Positions 28,956 to 35,726 of a stretch of DNA of 35,726 bases are shown piece after piece. Position 1 is the first letter of the stretch. The number at the start of each line of letters is the position of its first letter. Source of the DNA: an uncultured Gammaproteobacteria bacterium (GTDB taxonomy: Bacteria > Patescibacteriota > Microgenomatia > UBA8517); assembly GCA_965231135.1 (NCBI GenBank), contig OZ246419.1:147028-182753 (forward strand), given 5' to 3'. Below the pieces are notes generated by a model. That model was not told the origin of the DNA and did not search any database. It saw only the letters and a program-made list of their open reading frames with translations. Made by a program: the position numbers and the translations under genes.

Positions 28956-29876
28956 TTAAAACTGGGGTTTTATAAATTTAGATTTGAATCTTAAAGTGTG
29001 CCAGCGAATGAAATCCATAAATTTATAAAGTTGATATGCATTTTTATCTATAACTAAATCCCATGTTCCAATAAATTCTACAACACGTGGTTTGTAACCT
29101 TCTTTAAATTTGGTGAATCCTTTTCCGGGTTCACGTCCCCATAAATCAAATTTCGTACATCCTAATTTTTTACCAAATTTTATAGTTTTCCACATCATTA
29201 AATTTGGAGCCATGACATTTTTATATTTATGAGTTGAGGCGCCGTAAGGATAATAGAGGACTTTATCGAATTCAAATAAAATCCAAGTGACAATAATTTC
29301 GCCATTATATTTTGCAACTAAGAGGTGAGCAATTTTATTTTTTAGGAATTTCCACATTAGTTTGTGATAGTTTTCGCTATGGGCAAAGAATTTATCTCTT
29401 TGAGTGGTTTCTTTTGTGAGTTCCAAGTATTTTTCAAAAGCTTTTTCGCTATTGTCTTCATGAACTGTAACGCCTTTTTTAGTTGCCAAGCGAATGTTAT
29501 ATCGAGTTTTGCTTTCAAAACCTTTTAGTAATTCATCTTCACTTTTGGTTAAATCGATTTCAAAGGTGGATGGTGTAAATATTGTTTTTCCAGAAACTGC
29601 GCCAGAATTTTTTAATATAGAAATTAATTTATCTGATTTTTCAACGTTTGGTTCTAATTTAATGAAAATTAAATTGTTTTCTTGTCCAAATTTTTTTAGG
29701 TTTTCTAGCATTTCTTTGGTTGGAGCAGGACCTTTTTCAAAAATTCCTAATTTTTTATTTAAAAAAGGGATTTTATGGAGAGTTAAAAGATTGCCATCAA
29801 TGCGGACAACTTCGTTGCCCCAAACTCTTCTAAATTCTTCCCATTCTTTTGTTTGAAGTGGATGGACTATTTGCAT
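28956..29876 (-). CDS. FemX/FemAB-family lipid II aminoacyltransferase
   Basis: HPLQTKEWEEFR, FIKLEP, IDLTKSEDELLKGFESKTRYNIRLA, YYPYGAS, DLWG, FTKFKEGY. Start moved to ATG 29876. Confidence 0.9.
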   Translation of the reverse strand: MQIVHPLQTKEWEEFRRVWGNEVVRIDGNLLTLHKIPFLNKKLGIFEKGPAPTKEMLENLKKFGQENNLIFIKLEPNVEKSDKLISILKNSGAVSGKTIFTPSTFEIDLTKSEDELLKGFESKTRYNIRLATKKGVTVHEDNSEKAFEKYLELTKETTQRDKFFAHSENYHKLMWKFLKNKIAHLLVAKYNGEIIVTWILFEFDKVLYYPYGASTHKYKNVMAPNLMMWKTIKFGKKLGCTKFDLWGREPGKGFTKFKEGYKPRVVEFIGTWDLVIDKNAYQLYKFMDFIRWHTLRFKSKFIKPQF

Positions 29877-29910
29877 GAATATATAATACAATTATTTAGA
29901 CTCGCTTGCC

Positions 29911-30453
29911 ATGAAATTAAATTTAAAAGTTTATCTAATTCTTATTGTAGTGTCTTTTTCAATTCTGGCTTTTTATTTTGTTGCGAGACCTGGTAAAAAT
30001 AATAGTGTTACAGAGTCATCTCCTGTTCCTATTTTTGCTTCTGTGTCAACTGATGGCTGGAAAAATTACATTAACTCTGATTATGGATATTCTATAGAAT
30101 ATCCATCTAACTGGTATTTTTCTGTGGTAAGTAGTGGTACCCCAATTTGGGTTCATTTTTCACCTAAACCAATTCCAACCAGCGGTGTATTAGATAGTCC
30201 GCTTATTATAAATTTCTGGAATAATCAAACAGAGGAAAGTACTGTTAATATTTTGAGAAGTCAATCACCTGGAGCTGATGAGAAAACTGTTGTAGTAGGT
30301 AATTTGATGGCTCATGAGTTGTATAATTCTCTAGGAATTGATTATATTTTTCCTAAAGGGAAAGATTCTATTGAAATAGATACTGGACAAAATGAAGGAG
30401 CAACATGGAATATTTTGAGTACAATAGTTTCTACTTTTAGATTTACCAATTAA
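29911..30453 (+). CDS. Exported/anchored protein with PsbP-like domain
   Basis: N-terminal TM, WKNYINSDYGYSIEYPSNW, C-terminal ILSTIVSTFRF. Confidence 0.7.
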   Translation: MKLNLKVYLILIVVSFSILAFYFVARPGKNNSVTESSPVPIFASVSTDGWKNYINSDYGYSIEYPSNWYFSVVSSGTPIWVHFSPKPIPTSGVLDSPLIINFWNNQTEESTVNILRSQSPGADEKTVVVGNLMAHELYNSLGIDYIFPKGKDSIEIDTGQNEGATWNILSTIVSTFRFTN

Positions 30454-32275
30454 TATCATCATTATCATCGTCGAATACATATTCTTTTTGGTATTTTAAT
30501 TTAACACCTGCTGCTTCTAATAAATTTTCTGGAATATCAATGATAAATCTGCTCGGAGGATTGCTTGTTGTTTGACCAAAGAACAATCTTTGATTAGCAT
30601 ATGTTAGAAATAAAATTTCTTTAGCGCGAGTTATTCCAACATAAGCAAGACGACGCTCCTCTTCTAATTGCGCACTATCAAAAAGAGATCGTGAATGGGG
30701 GAATATTCCCTCTTCTAATCCAACCAAAAAAACAACCGGAAATTCGAGACCTTTTGCGGCATGTAAAGTCATTAGAGTTACACGGTTGCCTTCATCTCCC
30801 TTTAATTTAGAACTTTCTTCCTGCTCAACAAGCGCGACGTTTTCTAAAAATTCATTAATTAAAGGAAATTGAGTTGCAACACTTCGAAGCTCTTTTATAT
30901 TTTCTAATCTTGCCATATTTTCTTCAGTATTTTTATTAAATAAATCCAGATAGCCGCTTTCTTTTAAAACTTTATCCATAATATCTAATGTTGAGAATTC
31001 ATCCAGATTTTGTAATGAATCTTTTAAAGTATTAAATTTTGCAAGACGGCGAACTCCGAGCTTTTCTAGGCGTTTATAAGAAATTTTATCTTTTGGATTG
31101 GCTAAAACTCGCAAATACGAAATAATATCTTTAATTTCTTTTCTTTCGTAAAATTTTGTGCCGCCGACTAAAACATAAGGAATTCCTGCATGAAGAAGAG
31201 CTTCTTCTAAAACACGAGACTGAGCATTTGTTCTATAAAGAATAGCATAGTCGCTATACGGGCGATTAAATTCGTACAAAGTATTTACAATGAAACTTGC
31301 CTCATCAAGGCCGTTTCTTGCGGCATATAATTTTATCTTTTCGCCGTCAACGTTGTTAGTCCAGAGCTGTAAAATTGGATGATTGGTATTTTTACTAATA
31401 ACAGAATTTGCTGCACTAAGAATTTTTTTAGTTGAACGATAATTTTGTTCCAAATTAATTGTTTTTAAATTTGGATAATCCAAAGATAGATTATTTATAT
31501 TTCTATAATCTGCACCACGCCAGGAATAGATACTTTGAGAAGCATCGCCAACAGCTGTTAAATTTCCAGTTTTGCCAACTAATAATTTGGTTAGACTGTA
31601 TTGAATTTTATTTGTATCTTGCCATTCATCTACAAGAATATGAGTTAGATTTTTTTGCCATTTAGATAAAACTTCTGGATTATTGCGAAAAATTTCTACA
31701 ACTTTCATTAAAATATCGTCGAAGTCGAGCGCATTAATTGTTTTTAGTTCTTTTTCATATGCAGCATAAATTTTAAAAATATTTTCCTGGTAATCGCCTT
31801 GAGCAATTTCGCCATATTCAAGGCTTGTTATCATTTGAGATTTGGAATTACTTATTTCATTTAAAATACTTCCTGGATTGTAAGAATCATCAGGCAAATT
31901 AAAATCTTCGATTATCTCTTTTACTAATTCTTTTTGATCTGAGTCGTCGTAAATTATAAAATTGCTATCAATACCAATACTTTTGCCGTCAATTCGCAAA
32001 ACTCTGACACAAAAAGAATGAAAAGTTCCCGCAAAACCAGGCATATCGGAAATTAGATTGCCGATTCTTTCTTTCATTTCGGAAGCAGCTTTATTTGTGA
32101 AGGTTAATAAAATTACGGAACTTGGGGAAACTTTTTTTTCTTGAATAAACCAAGCAGCGCGATGAGTGAGGACTTTTGTTTTTCCTGAGCCTGCTCCAGC
32201 AAGGACAAGTAATTTATCCCCCTCAAAAGTAACTGCTTCTAATTGTTTGTCGTTTAATGATGCTAAAATATCCAT
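30443..32275 (-). CDS. pcrA: ATP-dependent DNA helicase PcrA/UvrD (short C-terminus)
   Basis: AGAGSGKTKVLTHR, DEWQD, VGDASQSIYSWRGA, EQNYRST, YRTNAQSR, HAAKGLEF, EERRLAYVGITRA, PSRFI. Confidence 0.95.
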   Translation of the reverse strand: MDILASLNDKQLEAVTFEGDKLLVLAGAGSGKTKVLTHRAAWFIQEKKVSPSSVILLTFTNKAASEMKERIGNLISDMPGFAGTFHSFCVRVLRIDGKSIGIDSNFIIYDDSDQKELVKEIIEDFNLPDDSYNPGSILNEISNSKSQMITSLEYGEIAQGDYQENIFKIYAAYEKELKTINALDFDDILMKVVEIFRNNPEVLSKWQKNLTHILVDEWQDTNKIQYSLTKLLVGKTGNLTAVGDASQSIYSWRGADYRNINNLSLDYPNLKTINLEQNYRSTKKILSAANSVISKNTNHPILQLWTNNVDGEKIKLYAARNGLDEASFIVNTLYEFNRPYSDYAILYRTNAQSRVLEEALLHAGIPYVLVGGTKFYERKEIKDIISYLRVLANPKDKISYKRLEKLGVRRLAKFNTLKDSLQNLDEFSTLDIMDKVLKESGYLDLFNKNTEENMARLENIKELRSVATQFPLINEFLENVALVEQEESSKLKGDEGNRVTLMTLHAAKGLEFPVVFLVGLEEGIFPHSRSLFDSAQLEEERRLAYVGITRAKEILFLTYANQRLFFGQTTSNPPSRFIIDIPENLLEAAGVKLKYQKEYVFDDDNDDINW

Positions 32276-32289
32276 AGAAACAATACTAT

Positions 32290-33351
32290 ATGAAAAATTT
32301 TAACACTAAAAGACTCAAAAGATTTATTTTCGCTCACATTCAACTTACAAGATTTGTAATACTGGGGGCATTTTTTGTTTTAATTATTGGTTCTCTTTTG
32401 TTTCTTTTTAAAACTGTTTCAAATAGCGTTTTGGGTGAGGAACTTGTTGCTGCAAAGAATTTTATTTTGCCTGATACACAAAATAAGCGAATAAATATTT
32501 TACTTATGGGTGTACGCGGAGAAAGTGGTGACGGACCAGACTTAACAGACACAATGATTTTAGTTTCTATTAATACTCAAAACAAAAAAATGGCATTGAT
32601 TTCCATACCGCGGGATATTTGGGTAGATGACCTTAAGGATAAAGTGAATAGCGCATATATGTATGGGAAACAGAAAGGTGGGGCACAAACTGGAATAATA
32701 CTTGCCAAATCGACTATTGAAGAAATTACTGGACAGCAGATTGATTACGGAGTTGTCGTTGATTTTAGTTCCTTTAAAGATATAGTTGATGCGATTGGAG
32801 GAGTGCAAGTTAATGTAGCTAATAGTTTTACTGATACACAGTATCCAGTAGCCGGCCAAGAAAATAATCCGTGTATAAGTTGTCGTTATATGACTGTAAG
32901 TTTTCAGAAGGGTTTGCAAACAATGAATGGGGATACGGCACTTGAATTTGTACGAAGCCGACATGCAAGCGGAGTTGAAGGGAATGATATTGCAAGAGAA
33001 GCAAGACAACAACTTATTATCGATGCAATTTTGAAAAAAATTGTAACACCTCAAGTTTTGACAAATACTTCAATAGATGAAAAATTGTTTAATGTTTTGC
33101 GAAATAATATTTTGACTGACATGACACTGAAAAATGCGGGGAGTGTTGCTAGATATATAATTGATGCAAAAAATAATAAAATAAGTTATACGATTCCTGA
33201 TGATTTACTTTATACACCTTCTAATGAATATCTTTACCACAACCAGTTTTTTACTCACGCTTTTGTATTTATTCCAAATAACAAAAAAAGTATTAGCGGG
33301 AGCGAAGACTGGAGTGATATACAAAAATGGGTAAGTAGTGTTTTAAATTAA
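32290..33351 (+). CDS. LCP (LytR-CpsA-Psr) family glycopolymer transferase
   Basis: TM, INILLMG, LTDTMIL, ISIPRDIWV, KVNSAY, FKDIVDAIGGV, ALEFVRSRH, NDIAREARQQ. Confidence 0.93.
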   Translation: MKNFNTKRLKRFIFAHIQLTRFVILGAFFVLIIGSLLFLFKTVSNSVLGEELVAAKNFILPDTQNKRINILLMGVRGESGDGPDLTDTMILVSINTQNKKMALISIPRDIWVDDLKDKVNSAYMYGKQKGGAQTGIILAKSTIEEITGQQIDYGVVVDFSSFKDIVDAIGGVQVNVANSFTDTQYPVAGQENNPCISCRYMTVSFQKGLQTMNGDTALEFVRSRHASGVEGNDIAREARQQLIIDAILKKIVTPQVLTNTSIDEKLFNVLRNNILTDMTLKNAGSVARYIIDAKNNKISYTIPDDLLYTPSNEYLYHNQFFTHAFVFIPNNKKSISGSEDWSDIQKWVSSVLN

Positions 33352-34367
33352 AATGCCCAGTGACCAATTGTAAAGAGGTATCCAAAATAAATCAGTAAAC
33401 TAATTGAAATAATTCCCCAAATAATTCTTAATATTTTTTTGTTTGTTAAGATTCCTAAAGTTATAAAAAAAGGCGGAATAGATAATAAATATCTTGGAGT
33501 ACTTAAGAGAAAGGAAGTTGATGTCATCATAATTGTTGCCAAAATAAAATAAGCGAAATAGGAAAAACGCATTCTAATTTTTTTAAAGATTAAATTTAAA
33601 AAAATAAAAGTGTAGGGAATTGTTGAAGCAAAAGCTTCGGCGAATCCGACAATATATTTATATTCTGGATTGGTTGACGGCGTATTAAACCCTCTTTGCC
33701 AACTACTAATAATTCCTTGCCACGGGAAGGCAAATGATTTTTGCCAATGAGTTTTTAGAAAAACCTCAAACATTAGAGGATTACCAAAGAGAGAATAATT
33801 AATTGATAAATAAATTGAACTTGCAAGAAATGAGAAACTTAAAATTAAAATGAGATCTAAATAGTTTCGTTTTTTGTTTAAGAACCATTCTATTAAAATA
33901 CTTGGCCAGATTAAGATTCCAAAAGGACGGGTTAGAGTCGCAAAAAAAGCAGCAATGCTTGAATATTTAAATTTATTGGTGCGGGCAAAGTATAAAGATA
34001 AAACAATTAATAAAAAAAATAGACTTTCAGGATAAGCTGTTAAAAAGAAATAACTTGTCGGGAAGATTGCGACAGTTAATGTTATCCAAATAGATTTTGA
34101 CTTATTGTAATCAAGTAAAAGCAATTTATAGAAAATGAAAAGGGCCAATATTATTGAAATAAGAGAAATTATAAAAGCTGATAAATAAGGATTGTTAATT
34201 AATAAATTTAGAATTTTAATTAACGAAGGATAAAGAGGGGGGAAAACTATAAAATATTTTTCGTCACCGGTTGTTACATAACCATTTTGTGCCAAAAATA
34301 AATAACTGTGGCCATCCCAACGAGAGACAAAATTTTGTAAGAAATTCAGCATATTACGGAGCGACAA
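33348..34367 (-). CDS. GT-C mannosyltransferase-like protein (PIG-V-like)
   Basis: RWDGHSY..AQNGY, FPPLYP, IFPTSYFF..YPESLF, ATLTRPFG, STPRYL. N-terminus is short; start may be ATG 34352. Confidence 0.82.
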   Translation of the reverse strand: MSLRNMLNFLQNFVSRWDGHSYLFLAQNGYVTTGDEKYFIVFPPLYPSLIKILNLLINNPYLSAFIISLISIILALFIFYKLLLLDYNKSKSIWITLTVAIFPTSYFFLTAYPESLFFLLIVLSLYFARTNKFKYSSIAAFFATLTRPFGILIWPSILIEWFLNKKRNYLDLILILSFSFLASSIYLSINYSLFGNPLMFEVFLKTHWQKSFAFPWQGIISSWQRGFNTPSTNPEYKYIVGFAEAFASTIPYTFIFLNLIFKKIRMRFSYFAYFILATIMMTSTSFLLSTPRYLLSIPPFFITLGILTNKKILRIIWGIISISLLIYFGYLFTIGHWAF

Positions 34368-35499
34368 TTCCTAGTTTATTGATTAGTAATACTCCCCAGA
34401 AATTTACTAAAATACTAAAAAATAATAGCAGCCAGTGATGCCATTTTAAATTGTTTTTTTGCAGATACTTAATAATTAAATAAAAAATAAATGGATAAAA
34501 ATCTGCGGCAAACCTAAATCCAAACTGAGCATAACCTGATTCCCCGTGCATGAAAACTAAAAATAGAATTGCAATTATTGAAATAATTGAAAGATATATT
34601 TCCTTTTTCTTTAAGTTGTTGAGAAATGCATAAATAAAAACGGGAGAAGTAATTGCAATAGATAACCCTCCCCAAGAAGGAACAATGAAAGGAAATGTGT
34701 TTTTGAAACTTGGTAAAGAAGTAAACATAATTTTCAAATTTCTTAAAATATAAAAAGGACTAATAATTCCATTTGAATACCATGGCTCTTGAAGAACGCC
34801 TGGAATTAAAGAATAACCTGTTTGGAAAAAATTACCGAAACGAAGAAAATTATAAAATAAGTAAAACGAAATTGATGGGAAGAGGCCTATTAGAAATTTC
34901 GTTTTGTGCTTTTCAAGCAAAAAATAAAAAAATGGGAAAGCAAGAATTATTTCTACTCGAGACAAAAAAGCAATCCCTAAAAATATTCCAACTAAAACAC
35001 TATTTTTGTTTTTTTCTAAAGTCAGTATTGCAAGAAGCAGGAATAAGATCGCGACAGTTTGGCCTAATAACCAGACAGATCCGACTGATGACATGAACCA
35101 CAGAATGTTTCCTAGAGCTGTTAAAAGAATAATATAAAGAGTTTTTAATTTATTTTTTGTTATTTCAAAACTAAGAATTGCAGAAACACAAACAATTGCC
35201 GCTCCGATTAAATTTGCAAAAATAGTTTGAGAAAAATTTGAGCCAAATAAAATAAGGAAAGGTATTAATAAAATAGCTGGAGCAGGAGGATATACAACTG
35301 CAAATTTATCCCGCGCAATTAGAATTAATTCGCTTAGCCAAGGAGGATTATCTGTAATATAATATCTTCCATGAAGAAAAGAATCCGCCAAACGGGTAAA
35401 ATAGTTGTAAGGAGTTGGACCATTGCCACTAAAATAAAAAATGCAGAAACTAATTAAAAATATTCCGAATATTATAATTTTACTCTTTAGTGCTTTCAT
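34354..35499 (-). CDS. GT-C-like multi-pass membrane glycosyltransferase
   Basis: YFTRLADSFL, VVYPPAP, FLSRVE, YNFLRFGNFF, QFGFRFAADF; about 10 TMs. Confidence 0.72.
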   Translation of the reverse strand: MKALKSKIIIFGIFLISFCIFYFSGNGPTPYNYFTRLADSFLHGRYYITDNPPWLSELILIARDKFAVVYPPAPAILLIPFLILFGSNFSQTIFANLIGAAIVCVSAILSFEITKNKLKTLYIILLTALGNILWFMSSVGSVWLLGQTVAILFLLLAILTLEKNKNSVLVGIFLGIAFLSRVEIILAFPFFYFLLEKHKTKFLIGLFPSISFYLFYNFLRFGNFFQTGYSLIPGVLQEPWYSNGIISPFYILRNLKIMFTSLPSFKNTFPFIVPSWGGLSIAITSPVFIYAFLNNLKKKEIYLSIISIIAILFLVFMHGESGYAQFGFRFAADFYPFIFYLIIKYLQKNNLKWHHWLLLFFSILVNFWGVLLINKLGIVAP

Positions 35500-35726
35500 T
35501 TTACGATTAATTTTATCACCGTTTGGGACACTTACACTTGATCAAAATACTTTTATAGCTTGGGGAAATAGACTTGTAACAGTTGGATTTTCCAAATTTT
35601 ATTTTGGTGGATGGAGCGATTATTTGCCTGGATATTTATATTTACTTCGATTTGTTTCACAAATTGCAAACGCAAATTCATTAACACAAACACCACAAAC
35701 AACAATTTATAAATTGCCTGCAATAT
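35441..35726 (+). CDS. 5' part of a GT-C-like membrane glycosyltransferase (runs off the window)
   Basis: Manual translation from ATG 35441, open to the window end: MQKLIKNIPNIIILLFSAFILRLILSPFGTLTLDQNTFIAWG...WSDYLPGYLYLL...YKLPAI. Not in the ORF track. Confidence 0.75.
   Translation, partial: MQKLIKNIPNIIILLFSAFILRLILSPFGTLTLDQNTFIAWGNRLVTVGFSKFYFGGWSDYLPGYLYLLRFVSQIANANSLTQTPQTTIYKLPAI

Overview
AT-rich, very compact bacterial chromosome segment. Gene content and style suggest Patescibacteria/CPR, Microgenomates-like (inference; no database search was run). It contains housekeeping genes (valS 5' end, tsaD, groES/groEL, metG, tRNA-Cys), DNA uptake/repair genes (comM, yraN, dprA, AlkA-like glycosylase, rmuC, pcrA, a UvrD-PD-(D/E)XK fusion) and many envelope genes (VanW, M23, LytR_C, LCP, two FemABX, WecA-like, DPPR-synthase-like UbiA, a processive GT2, several GT-C proteins). 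No transposase, integrase, rRNA or CRISPR array was seen. Main observations: (1) two small, apparently paralogous unknown ORFs wedged between groES and groEL; (2) a ~30-bp repeat present four times, three of them in-frame inside unrelated genes; (3) a PARP/ART-fold-like ORFan; (4) about 13 genes with a -10 hexamer 5-8 nt before the start codon (leaderless architecture); (5) a secreted repeat protein whose strong Shine-Dalgarno site points at ACG; (6) a gene broken by one TAG; (7) two divergent glycosyltransferase genes overlapping head-to-head.
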